Positions 9,350-18,700 of a DNA stretch of 64,000 bases are shown one piece after another. The notes under the pieces are model-generated. The model made no database searches, was not told the origin of the DNA, and worked only from the letters and a program-made list of their open reading frames with translations. The number at the start of each line of letters is the position of its first letter. Within the stretch, counting starts at the first letter, position 1. The translations under genes and the position numbers were made by a program. Origin of the DNA: Candidatus Bathyarchaeia archaeon. Lineage in GTDB: Archaea > Thermoproteota > CALKCG01 > B24. Location of the stretch: positions 608,001 through 672,000 of the forward strand of contig JAVZJD010000001.1 in assembly GCA_038870975.1 (NCBI GenBank), given 5' to 3'.

Positions 9350-11008
9350 TTGGTGCATAGTATGCGTAGAGTGGAAAGTTATGTACTATTGACCGTAGTT
9401 ATCATACTTATGTTTACTCCATCTGTACGACCTACCGACAACATAACATACGAGAGGAAAATAACTCTATATTCTACTGGATACATTCTTTTAGAAGATC
9501 GGATTGCGGGTTTCACTGAAAAGCCACTCACTTTAAGATTTCCTAGAAATATTACTGATAATTTATTAGATTATAGAGCTGAAACAGCAGATGGTTTAAA
9601 TTTAAACGTAGAAATCTTCCAGCTAACGGAAAATGAGACCATTATAGAAATAGCGGATTCTGCTTCCTCGTCTCTAAAATTATTCCTTTTAATTAATGGT
9701 AGTGCGCTAATCGAGCAGAGAGAACCATTTACAATTTACTTACCCGTGTATCCTGGGTTAAATGCGGATATTGCAAGATTAAACTTTACACTGACAGTAC
9801 CAGAGACTACTGAGTTTAAAAATTATCCAAGCGATTTCAACAAGTCTGCTGGCAAAATTTGGCTTATACGTGAGAATTTAGAGCCTGACGCGTTTAGAGT
9901 TGAACAGATATCTATAACTAGAAGCCCGCTGTTCAAAGTTGAACAATTCAATAAAACCATTATAATCTCAGAAGTCGGAGACGTAATAATAGAGGAGTTT
10001 TACAGAATCTTAAACATTGGCTCGACTACCTCGGAAATATCTTTCAATCTTCCAGTTAACGCTTGCGAGGCAAAAGCTAAAGATGAATTTGGAAGCCTTC
10101 AATCTTCGGTGAAAACCCAAGGGGATTATCTAAAGCTGACGGTTAAACCAAGATACGAGTTAAGGAAAGGCGACAAGTATTCCTTGATAGTATCTTATAA
10201 ATTCCCAGCAGGTCTACTGACGGAGCATAGTCTATTCAAGGATTCCCATAAGCTGAGTATTAAATTGGAACCGGCTCTACCCGTATTTATTAGAATCCTA
10301 CATGTGAATTTGAAGATGCCTAGGTATTCTACGATCGTAGATATTAAACCTGAAAATTTCACGGTGAGGAAGAATGATGTTTTAAGTTTGATTTTAGAAA
10401 GTCGATATACTCCAATTCTATCTCCTATTAGACCACAGCCTATCCTCATGGTAAACTATAACTATAATGTTCTCTGGTCATCTATTCAACCAGTTCTATG
10501 GACACTATGTGGACTGGTCGTGATCGCAATCATACACTATACGCATAGAGTTAGAGCTATGAAAACAGTAGAGGCTACGTCTAAAGTTAGACCTTCTGTT
10601 GCTATTAAGGAGGTTCAAGAGTTTGTCTCAGCATATGAAGAAAAACTTAATCTCAGAAGGGAATTACGCAACCTTGAAAGCGACTATTTATCACGGAATA
10701 TATCGAAGGCTGAGTTTACAACACGCTCTACGAAAATTAAAAATAGGATTGCTGAAATCGATAGAATAATTGAAAACTTAAAACAAAACATTAGACAAGC
10801 CGGTTTCTCCGATGAATTGACCACCATAGAAGAGGCTGAAACCGATTTAAACATTTGTGACGTTGGTCTAAGCGAACTTAGAAATAGATATCGAACTGGC
10901 AAGGTTTCAAAACACGTCTATGAGCGGCTTCTCAACGAGTATAATAAACGAATCCGTAATAATGAGAATAAGATAAGAAGAGCTATTGAGGTAATTTCAT
11001 CGAGCTAA
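9350..11008 (+). CDS. Ribophorin-I-like membrane protein (signal peptide, two beta-rich luminal domains, one TM helix, coiled-coil tail)
   Basis: Hydrophobic N-terminus; KDEFGSL...KPRYELRKGDKYSLIVSY resembles the ribophorin I PRYPL..G motif; TM helix near aa 380; charged helical C-terminus. Confidence 0.6.
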   Translation: MVHSMRRVESYVLLTVVIILMFTPSVRPTDNITYERKITLYSTGYILLEDRIAGFTEKPLTLRFPRNITDNLLDYRAETADGLNLNVEIFQLTENETIIEIADSASSSLKLFLLINGSALIEQREPFTIYLPVYPGLNADIARLNFTLTVPETTEFKNYPSDFNKSAGKIWLIRENLEPDAFRVEQISITRSPLFKVEQFNKTIIISEVGDVIIEEFYRILNIGSTTSEISFNLPVNACEAKAKDEFGSLQSSVKTQGDYLKLTVKPRYELRKGDKYSLIVSYKFPAGLLTEHSLFKDSHKLSIKLEPALPVFIRILHVNLKMPRYSTIVDIKPENFTVRKNDVLSLILESRYTPILSPIRPQPILMVNYNYNVLWSSIQPVLWTLCGLVVIAIIHYTHRVRAMKTVEATSKVRPSVAIKEVQEFVSAYEEKLNLRRELRNLESDYLSRNISKAEFTTRSTKIKNRIAEIDRIIENLKQNIRQAGFSDELTTIEEAETDLNICDVGLSELRNRYRTGKVSKHVYERLLNEYNKRIRNNENKIRRAIEVISSS

Positions 11009-11013
11009 AAACA

Positions 11014-11021
11014 TTTATATA
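11014..11021 (+). promoter_or_regulatory. TATA box of the TRAM gene (TTTATATA with A-rich BRE)
   Basis: AAAAACA-TTTATATA about 25 nt upstream of the leader hairpin. Confidence 0.55.
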
Positions 11022-11043
11022 TTTGCTGAATCCTATGTTCTAC

Positions 11044-11119
11044 GGATTAAGAAGGTGAAAAAGCACCTCTCAAAAGAGGCCTTTTTCTACCTTCTTAACC
11101 CAATAATTCAAAAGGAGGT
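11044..11119 (+). promoter_or_regulatory. Structured 5' leader (22-bp hairpin plus SD GGAGGT) of the TRAM gene
   Basis: TTAAGAAGGT-GAAAAAG-ca-CCTCT-caaa-AGAGG-c-CTTTTTC-t-ACCTTCTTAA; SD at 11114-11119. Confidence 0.55.
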
Positions 11120-11125
11120 TAGATT

Positions 11126-11380
11126 ATGGAAAGGAGAAATAGGAGAAGGCGGCCGGCTACAGGCAGTTTCAGACCAGCTAGACCAGTGCCAGTTGTCGTT
11201 GGCGGTGAATACGATGTAGAAATAGAAAGCCTTGGAAGCAGAGGAGATGGAATAGCTAGAATCGAAGGCTTTGTGATATTCGTTAAGAATACTAAAGTTG
11301 GCGATAAGCTTAAAGTTAAAGTTAATTCCGTCAGTAGGAGGTTTGCCATAGCTACGCCGGTTGCTCAAGGTGGGGAGTAG
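11126..11380 (+). CDS. Single-TRAM-domain RNA-binding protein (archaeal cold-shock/RNA chaperone type)
   Basis: PVVVGGEYDVEIESLGSRGDGIARIEGFVIFV...GDKLKVKV..V.RRFAIA. Confidence 0.92.
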   Translation: MERRNRRRRPATGSFRPARPVPVVVGGEYDVEIESLGSRGDGIARIEGFVIFVKNTKVGDKLKVKVNSVSRRFAIATPVAQGGE

Positions 11381-11533
11381 TAGATAGAATACAATCCATT
11401 TCTAGGTATTTCTTTAAGACGAACAATATTTTTCTAGCAGTTTATCCTGTAAAATACTTTCGATTTTTCCATGGATCTCTGGAAACATTGAGGATATAGG
11501 AAAAACCTAATATTTTGTTTAAGACTTTTCCAA

Positions 11534-12259
11534 TTGTTGAAAAATAACGGTTTTAAACTCGAAGATGTAGACGATGTAGTTAAGTGTGAAATTGTTGATC
11601 GGATAAATCGATTTCTTGTAAAAGTAGTTATAGATGGCTTTTCAACTATAGCGTACATGAATAACACGGGTAGACTCTCAGAATTCTTAGTAACGGGTAA
11701 GAAGGCTTATTGTTTAAAAACGTATGGGGGGAAGACTGGGCATCGTCTTTTTGCAGTAGATGTTGAAGACGGTATGGCTGCAATTATAGATACTAAAATC
11801 CAAATGCGTCTTTTTGAAAAGGCAGTTAACGAGGGGTTAATATACTGGCTTGGAAAATGCAGAATAGTTAAGAGGAACTGTAGACTGGGTAGGTCTTTGA
11901 TAGACTATTTAGTAGAGCTAGACGGTAGACTCGCATATCTCGAAGTCAAAAGTGCGGTTTTACGGAATGATAGGGGTTACGCCATGTATCCAGACTGTCT
12001 AACCCTTAGGGGAAGAAAGCATATAATGGAGATTATAAAACATACTGAGGGCGGTGGTTTAGGAATAATATTATTCATAGCGGCACTACCATATGTCAGT
12101 GCTTTTAAACCAAATCCCATGGGAGATGCTGAAATACCAAAGCTACTTTTAAAAGCCTATGATGTTGGATGTATTTTAAAGGCGATAAGTATGCATTATG
12201 ATGGATACTCTTCATCATTCTACCTAGATAACTCAGACATTCCAGTAGTTCTCCAATAG
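11534..12259 (+). CDS. sfsA: SfsA DNA/RNA nuclease family
   Basis: RINRF, NTGRL, IDY, LEVKS and YPD...RGRKH. Confidence 0.9.
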   Translation: MLKNNGFKLEDVDDVVKCEIVDRINRFLVKVVIDGFSTIAYMNNTGRLSEFLVTGKKAYCLKTYGGKTGHRLFAVDVEDGMAAIIDTKIQMRLFEKAVNEGLIYWLGKCRIVKRNCRLGRSLIDYLVELDGRLAYLEVKSAVLRNDRGYAMYPDCLTLRGRKHIMEIIKHTEGGGLGIILFIAALPYVSAFKPNPMGDAEIPKLLLKAYDVGCILKAISMHYDGYSSSFYLDNSDIPVVLQ

Positions 12260-12261
12260 GA

Positions 12262-12906
12262 GTGGTCTACTTGTCTAGAGCAGATGAACTACTTGAAAAA
12301 ATTAACGGTTTAAAAAATAGCCATGTAAAAAAGTTGGTAGACATGCGCATGGAAGAATTTAAACAGAACGGCGGGAAAGCTAGTAGAGAAATTTTTAAAG
12401 AACTATGCTTCTGCATTTTAACAGCAAACTTTAACGCTGAAAGGAGTATAGAAATTCAGAAGAAGATAGATGACGGTTTTCTAACTCTTCCAATTTCCCA
12501 GCTGACGGAAGAGCTTAGGAAGCTTGGCCACCGTTACCCTCAGACAAGAGCACGGTATATTGTAGAAGCTAGGAGGTATGCCGACTCACTAAAAGATGTC
12601 ATTTCACGTTTTAAAGATTCAAGTCTACTGAGGGAATGGCTTACTAAAAACATAAAAGGGATTGGGTTTAAAGAGGCGAGCCATTTCCTCAGGAACATCG
12701 GCTATAGCGATTTAGCTATAATAGATTTTCACATAATCAACATACTATCGAAGTATGGCTTAACGGATAGACCCAAGACCATGACTAAGAAGAAGTACCT
12801 AGAAATAGAATCTATATTGAGGAAAATAGCTAAACTTTCAGACATTTCACTAGCTGAGCTTGATCTGTTCTTATGGTATCTTGAAACGGGTAAAGTTTTA
12901 AAATAA
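12262..12906 (+). CDS. ogg: 8-oxoguanine N-glycosylase/DNA lyase
   Basis: ELCFCILTAN, KGIGFKEASHFLRNIG, IIDFH and LDLFLWY..TGKVLK. Confidence 0.92.
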   Translation: MVYLSRADELLEKINGLKNSHVKKLVDMRMEEFKQNGGKASREIFKELCFCILTANFNAERSIEIQKKIDDGFLTLPISQLTEELRKLGHRYPQTRARYIVEARRYADSLKDVISRFKDSSLLREWLTKNIKGIGFKEASHFLRNIGYSDLAIIDFHIINILSKYGLTDRPKTMTKKKYLEIESILRKIAKLSDISLAELDLFLWYLETGKVLK

Positions 12907-12944
12907 GAGGGGGACTAAAATGTTATCTTAAATTAATGAATATA

Positions 12945-14819
12945 CTACGATATTTGAAGCCGCTGTTTAACTCTCTCTAAGGCTTCTCTAACTTCACTTA
13001 TACCCAATTTCTCAAGAGTCTCGCCCTTAGGTAAACCGTATTCATCCCATCCGGCTACTCTATAGTAAATCTGCTTCAGTTTATCGACATCTTCCCTTTT
13101 AACAGTTGCACCTTTCTTAGGTCCTGATGGTAGGGGTTCATAGAACCTAGGTGGATTATCATCGTCAACTCGTGGGTCCCAGTAGACATCTGGACCACCT
13201 AGTAGGAGTAGCGTTCTTTGAATTGCGGCTATTCTTGGAGCTATCTCATTATAGAGTTCATCTTCGGATATATTCCACCCAGCTACCGCTCTGAAAAACC
13301 TGTATACGTGCTCTTTCCTGAAGTTAAACCAGCATACAACTGCAGAATCTATGAGTATTATTTCCCATTCCTCTGGTCTGTTCTTCTCATCTAGATTCGA
13401 GACGGATGTATGGTCTCCACCTTGCAGATTGCAGACGTAAGCTGTAGGTTTTGTATAGTCTAAGCCACTCCTTATACCATGGGCTCCTACCCCTATACCT
13501 TTAACTTGCACAGCATACGGCATCGCGTCAATTTTCTTCATTTTGCTTATCTTTAAGGCAGCTCTATACGTGCCTTCAGCCAAAACATCTCCAATACCTA
13601 CTCTATGTGCTATCATTTCCTGAAGTTTTGCAAAGGCTTCAACATCTCCCCATTTAAGTTCAAACCCTAAATCTTCCTTTGTCAATATACCGCGTTGGTA
13701 TAATTCGGCCGTGAAACCTAATACATTACCAACTTGTATGCCGCATAAGCCGAGGTCGTCTGCTTTAGCAGACAAATACACACTTCCATCTGGTTCAAAT
13801 ACTCCAAGATTCGTACCTAAGTATGCTTGCAGTTCGTAGTCTGGATTATCCGTTAAAGTGCCTTTAAACTTACCGTATTTAATCATGGCCAATTTGAGAC
13901 ATGTTGTAGGACATCCAAAGTCTCCCCAGAATCTTTTAATCCAAACTTTGCTCTCGAAGGAGCTCGACCCATATCTAGCTTCATCATGCCATTCTTCCTG
14001 CCAATTCCTAACAGGTTCACTGCTTGTATCAGCGCCAACAGTATACCCCGCTGAACCCGTACCCCAATACCTCATCGTAAATGACCGTGTAAGACTTTTA
14101 CAGACATCGTCTAAGGCTTTCCCGAACTCATCTGGCTCTGCAACTTCAGGTAGTGGACCAGTGCCTTTAACGGCTATTGCTTTAAGCATTTTAGACCCCA
14201 TAACTGCTCCATAGCCTCCATACCCAGCAGCATGTGTAATTTTAGCAGCTACGGCTGCAATTCGGACTCTATTTTCACCAGCAGGACCTATATATAGGAT
14301 GCTCGGCTCTTTACAAACGCCTCGTAATTGATGCTTTTTAGATGCTTCACTCCTAAGCTCTCTAGTAAGCGTTCTCAACGTTTCTTTTGCGTCTTTCCCC
14401 CAGATGTGTAATGCATCTTTAATTTCCACTTCTTCATCTTCAATCCATATATAGACTGGTTTTTCAGCAACACCGTTTACAATTATCCCGTCATATCCTG
14501 CACACTTAAGTTCAACCCCAAACTCTCCTCCCACCGTTGACCCCACTATACCGTTACTTTGAGGAGATTTGCCTGTTACGCAGACCCTTCCTCCTGGATA
14601 GTAGCCAGTTAATGGACCAGTAAGTATGAGAAGTATATTATCAGGTCCCAGGGGATCTATTTCTTCCCATTTTTGACCAAGCCTATCCCATAGGAGTTTA
14701 ACGCCTAAACCACGACCCCCTATGTATCTACGCATAACGCTCCTATCTACTTTAGTGATCTTCACATTTTTCGTCGACAGGTCAACTTCTAAAAGTCTAC
14801 CCCACCACCCATATGGCAT
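12945..14819 (-). CDS. Tungsten aldehyde:ferredoxin oxidoreductase family protein
   Basis: GGRGLG, KSPQS, IGPAGEN, GAVMGSKMLKAI and DDLGL motifs; start MPYGWWG overlaps the upstream stop. Confidence 0.9.
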   Translation of the reverse strand: MPYGWWGRLLEVDLSTKNVKITKVDRSVMRRYIGGRGLGVKLLWDRLGQKWEEIDPLGPDNILLILTGPLTGYYPGGRVCVTGKSPQSNGIVGSTVGGEFGVELKCAGYDGIIVNGVAEKPVYIWIEDEEVEIKDALHIWGKDAKETLRTLTRELRSEASKKHQLRGVCKEPSILYIGPAGENRVRIAAVAAKITHAAGYGGYGAVMGSKMLKAIAVKGTGPLPEVAEPDEFGKALDDVCKSLTRSFTMRYWGTGSAGYTVGADTSSEPVRNWQEEWHDEARYGSSSFESKVWIKRFWGDFGCPTTCLKLAMIKYGKFKGTLTDNPDYELQAYLGTNLGVFEPDGSVYLSAKADDLGLCGIQVGNVLGFTAELYQRGILTKEDLGFELKWGDVEAFAKLQEMIAHRVGIGDVLAEGTYRAALKISKMKKIDAMPYAVQVKGIGVGAHGIRSGLDYTKPTAYVCNLQGGDHTSVSNLDEKNRPEEWEIILIDSAVVCWFNFRKEHVYRFFRAVAGWNISEDELYNEIAPRIAAIQRTLLLLGGPDVYWDPRVDDDNPPRFYEPLPSGPKKGATVKREDVDKLKQIYYRVAGWDEYGLPKGETLEKLGISEVREALERVKQRLQIS

Positions 14820-15349
14820 TAAACCCACCCCTCCCATTCTTCGCCATAAACTTTTAAAGCCAAATCTCTGACTACGTCTTCAGGTCTTCTAGCGTAGACT
14901 TTGTAGGCTTGTGTTGGAAATCTAGGAATTTTTATAAGTGCATTATAGCCAGCTTCTGTGCAAACTCGAACGCATTCTGGTTCTCCTCCACATAAGTCGC
15001 ATATCACGGCGTACCGCATCCTCGGATGAATATAGGGTACTTTACCAGGGCAAGCATCTATACATTTACCGCATCCAGTACATTTATCTACGTCTACTAA
15101 GACCGCACCAGTTTTATCATCCACAGTCAATGCGTTGAACGGACACGCGGAAACGCATGGATAGTCTGGGCACTGAGTACATAGATGTGGGATTTCAAGC
15201 CCCGGTATAAGCATAAAGACACGTATTCTTGAAGCCTCAGGCCATATTCTTCCTTCGTGTCTTAAAGAGCAGATTATTTCACATCTCCGACAGCCGCTAC
15301 AGCGTTCATAGTCTCTAAATATCCATATTTTTGCCTTCTCTTCACCCAA
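14819..15349 (-). CDS. 4Fe-4S polyferredoxin partner of the AOR
   Basis: CSGCRRCEIIC, CTQC..PCVSACP, CTGCGKCIDACP and CDLC..C motifs. Confidence 0.9.
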   Translation of the reverse strand: MGEEKAKIWIFRDYERCSGCRRCEIICSLRHEGRIWPEASRIRVFMLIPGLEIPHLCTQCPDYPCVSACPFNALTVDDKTGAVLVDVDKCTGCGKCIDACPGKVPYIHPRMRYAVICDLCGGEPECVRVCTEAGYNALIKIPRFPTQAYKVYARRPEDVVRDLALKVYGEEWEGWV

Positions 15350-15386
15350 TAAACAATCACCTAGTTAGATTTTCAGCAAAATGGCT

Positions 15387-16175
15387 TTATAATTTTTCCC
15401 CAGATCTTGCTCTTCTGGCGGCTCTGTTAGCTATTAAACCTGCTACAACACCAGCAGCTACTCCAGAATCTATGTTTACAACAGCTAAGCCTAGCGGACA
15501 TGCTTGAAGCATCGCCTGTAAGGCTGCCAATCCATCGCCTCCGAATCCATATCCTTGAGATGTTGGAACCCCTATTACTGGAACATCCACTAGACTGGCT
15601 ACTAAAGACGGGAGAGCCCCCTCTCTACCTGCTATGGCGATAATAACGTCAACATTTTTCGCCAACATCTCTTTCACTGCTTCAAACACTCTATGCAATC
15701 CGGCAACACCTACATCATAAGCCTTGTACACTTCACAACCCATTTCTTCAGCGATTAAACGGGCTTCTTCAGCTATGGGTATGTCCGCTGTTCCAGCCGT
15801 TATTATTCCAACACGCCCCCCGCAAGCACATCTAACGTCTTTCCGACGTAAAATTATCATACGGGCTTTCTCGTGAGTCTCGACAATAACTCCCTTCTTC
15901 GAAAAAATATCCTTAAACTTCTCTAAGGTTTGTTTATCGACTCTACTCACAATCAACCGGTCAGTTTTCTCAAGAACGTTTAGACAGATTTCTAAGAGGT
16001 CTTCTAAATCCTTCCCTTCTGCTAGAATTATCTCAGGTACTTTTCTTCTAAGCTCTCTACCGATATCTATGCGAGCTATTTCAGAGACATACTCTACTGT
16101 GAATAGTTTAAGGGCTCTCAATGCCTCTTCAAGAGAGATTTCGCCTTTAGAAAGCTTCTTCAAAACTTCCTCCAT
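15387..16175 (-). CDS. larB: Nickel-pincer cofactor biosynthesis protein LarB
   Basis: TAGTAD, DVGVAGLHR, AGREGALPS, PTSQGYG and VVNIDSG. Confidence 0.92.
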   Translation of the reverse strand: MEEVLKKLSKGEISLEEALRALKLFTVEYVSEIARIDIGRELRRKVPEIILAEGKDLEDLLEICLNVLEKTDRLIVSRVDKQTLEKFKDIFSKKGVIVETHEKARMIILRRKDVRCACGGRVGIITAGTADIPIAEEARLIAEEMGCEVYKAYDVGVAGLHRVFEAVKEMLAKNVDVIIAIAGREGALPSLVASLVDVPVIGVPTSQGYGFGGDGLAALQAMLQACPLGLAVVNIDSGVAAGVVAGLIANRAARRARSGEKL

Positions 16176-16299
16176 AAGTAGCCCATTTAAGAAAAGGCAT
16201 ATAACCTTTAAATAGTTTTAGCAAATTTGCTCTAAAGCATAAAACATGACGAAATAAACAGGTAAAGTTTAGATATTTTTAACTGGCTATTTAACTCAA

Positions 16300-17547
16300 G
16301 TGCAAAATATGAAGATTCTATATATCGACTGCTCTTTAGCCGGTATATCTGGCGACATGATGCTTTCAGCTCTCCTAAACCTTGGAGCAAAAATAGACCT
16401 TGAAAAGCTTTCCAAATCCATCATGGAGAGCCTCGATGGCGTTAAACAGCTGGAAGTATCGTATAATATCGGATCTAAGATGGGCTTTCAAGCTGGTTTA
16501 CTAAGGGTTACTTTTTCCGATTCTAAATACTGTAGGCGGGGAATCGAATTGAAGAATGGTTTGGAGAAAACGCTGGAACATATGAGCGCTGGTCGTAAAG
16601 CGAAAGAGTACGCTGTTAGAGTTCTTGAAACACTTTTAAATGCTGAAAGCATTATACATGGCGAGACAGTAGATGAAGTTCATTTACATGAAATAGGCTC
16701 ACCAGATACCCTAGTAGATATAGTGGGAACAGCTTTAGCTTTGGAAGAGCTCGGCGTTTTTGAAGATGTTAAAGTGTATGGTAGTCCTATATCGGTGGGT
16801 GTTGGACTGGTTAAGACGGAGCATGGATATCTTCCAATACCAGCACCAGTAACCCTTGAAATTTTAAAATCTAGAGGCTATCCTTTTAAAGGCGGCCCTG
16901 TTGAGGGGGAGCTGGCAACGCCAACTGGTGTTGCCTTACTTGTAAACATTGTAGATGAAGTTGTACAGATGCACCCGTTAATTAAACCCATTAAAGTTGG
17001 ATATGGTGCTGGCTTTAAGGAACTTTCTGATGTTCCCAATATTCTGAGGCTTATTTATGGTGAACAGCAAACTCACTATATTCAGGAAGATGTCTATGTT
17101 TTAGAGACGAATATAGACGATGTCCAAGGGGAAGTTTTAGGACATGTCATTGAGAAACTCATTGAAAATGGAGCGAAAGATGCATGTGCCATACCAATCA
17201 CATGTAAGAAGAGTAGACCGGGATACATTCTTAAAGTAATTTCAGATTGTGAAAATCTCAATAGTATGGTAGACATTATTTTCAGAGAGACCGGCACCTT
17301 AGGAATTAGGTCGACGAAAACATCTAGATTTATCGTTCCTAGAGAGTTCAAAACGGTAACAGTTCAGATAAATGGTGTAGACTTCTCGGTTAAAGTTAAA
17401 ATAGCTAGAGACTTCAGAGGAAGAGTTGTCAGAGTTAAACCCGAGTATGAGGATCTAAAAAAGATTTCAAGCCTTACAGGCATACCGGTGAGAGAACTTT
17501 CTTCGATGATTGAAGAAAAAGCTAAAGATTACCTGAAAACTTCTTAA
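16300..17547 (+). CDS. larC: Nickel-pincer cofactor nickel insertase LarC
   Basis: AGISGDM, VHLHEIG..D, ELATPTG, ETNIDD, KKSRPG, ETGTLG and KPEYED. Confidence 0.93.
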   Translation: MQNMKILYIDCSLAGISGDMMLSALLNLGAKIDLEKLSKSIMESLDGVKQLEVSYNIGSKMGFQAGLLRVTFSDSKYCRRGIELKNGLEKTLEHMSAGRKAKEYAVRVLETLLNAESIIHGETVDEVHLHEIGSPDTLVDIVGTALALEELGVFEDVKVYGSPISVGVGLVKTEHGYLPIPAPVTLEILKSRGYPFKGGPVEGELATPTGVALLVNIVDEVVQMHPLIKPIKVGYGAGFKELSDVPNILRLIYGEQQTHYIQEDVYVLETNIDDVQGEVLGHVIEKLIENGAKDACAIPITCKKSRPGYILKVISDCENLNSMVDIIFRETGTLGIRSTKTSRFIVPREFKTVTVQINGVDFSVKVKIARDFRGRVVRVKPEYEDLKKISSLTGIPVRELSSMIEEKAKDYLKTS

Positions 17548-17589
17548 CGTTTAAATAAGCCATCTGTCATCCTTCTCTAAGGTGGTTTA

Positions 17590-17982
17590 TTGGCTTACTG
17601 GCACAGCGACCTTCACAAGCGTAAAAGAACTGGAGGGAAAAGCCATCCATACAGGGGCAGGAGGAAATACGAGCGGGGTGGATACCCCGTTGAAACACAA
17701 GTAGGCGATAGAGCTATAAGAGTGGAACGCGTCAGAGGCGGGAATGTAAAGATTAGAGTGATTAGAGATAGCACTGTCAATTTAAGTATTCCATCTTCTG
17801 GCAAGACCGTCAAATGTAAGATTTTACGGGTAGTTAAAAACCCGTCGAATAAAGACTATGATAGAAGAGGAGTAATAACTAAAGGAACTATAATTGAAAC
17901 GGAACATGGCTTAGCTAGAGTAACAAGTAAACTTAGCTCGGATGGTGTAGTAAACGCTGTACTCATAGAATCTAAGGCCTAG
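17590..17982 (+). CDS. rps8e: 30S ribosomal protein S8e
   Basis: KRKRTGG, RVRGGN, NPSN...RRGVITKG and DGVVNAV. Confidence 0.93.
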   Translation: MAYWHSDLHKRKRTGGKSHPYRGRRKYERGGYPVETQVGDRAIRVERVRGGNVKIRVIRDSTVNLSIPSSGKTVKCKILRVVKNPSNKDYDRRGVITKGTIIETEHGLARVTSKLSSDGVVNAVLIESKA

Positions 17983-18111
17983 ATTTAGGTCTAAATAAGA
18001 CTAAACTTTGTTTAAGTCTTCTATAGCTATGCGGCTTTGACCGAAGCATTAGGTAGTTTTGTAAACTTTCTATTTTTGGTTGAAATAATGGAGGGGAGAG
18101 TTAAGTAAGAA

Positions 18112-18654
18112 CTACCACCACATTTTCTTAAGCGGCATAGCAAGTATTTCCCTAATCTCAAGTTTTTTAGACCTATCTCTACTAAACATATCACTAGTCT
18201 TACAGGCTCTAGCTACTATAGCTGTATCTGACCCTCTATCTGTTCCTGCGACTGCTATAACATCTTCTCCAGTACTTATAGCTTCAAGGTCTGAAGCTAT
18301 AAGAATAACTTCTACACAGACTTTAAACCCCTGACCTAGTGTATAGAAGCTGTTTCTAATGCTGTCCATCCCACGTGAATGTAGGGGTAGATGCGTCTTA
18401 TCTAAGGGTTTTCCCCCGTATTTTACTATCTCCTCCTTAAATCCCTTGTCCATTTCTTCGTAAGATACCGCTATGACGTTACATAGCCCTTTGAGGGCTT
18501 TGGCGAATTTGACGCCTGTTTCGCCGGTCGTACTTGCGACCACAACTGTTTTAATGTCTCCCTCTTTAATTCTTCTAATTACACAATCTAAAACAGCATC
18601 GGTATTCACTGGTCCAGGTTCTTTAAAATATACGACTTGTTTTACTATACTCAT
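18112..18654 (-). CDS. Pyruvate kinase C-terminal-like (alpha/beta) domain protein
   Basis: YFKEPGPVNT, VVASTTGETG, GQGFKVCVE and AGTDRGSDTA. Confidence 0.8.
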   Translation of the reverse strand: MSIVKQVVYFKEPGPVNTDAVLDCVIRRIKEGDIKTVVVASTTGETGVKFAKALKGLCNVIAVSYEEMDKGFKEEIVKYGGKPLDKTHLPLHSRGMDSIRNSFYTLGQGFKVCVEVILIASDLEAISTGEDVIAVAGTDRGSDTAIVARACKTSDMFSRDRSKKLEIREILAMPLKKMWW

Positions 18655-18700
18655 GCCACTACTATTGTTGTCCCAGAAGACTTATAAGCAATTTGCCCAT

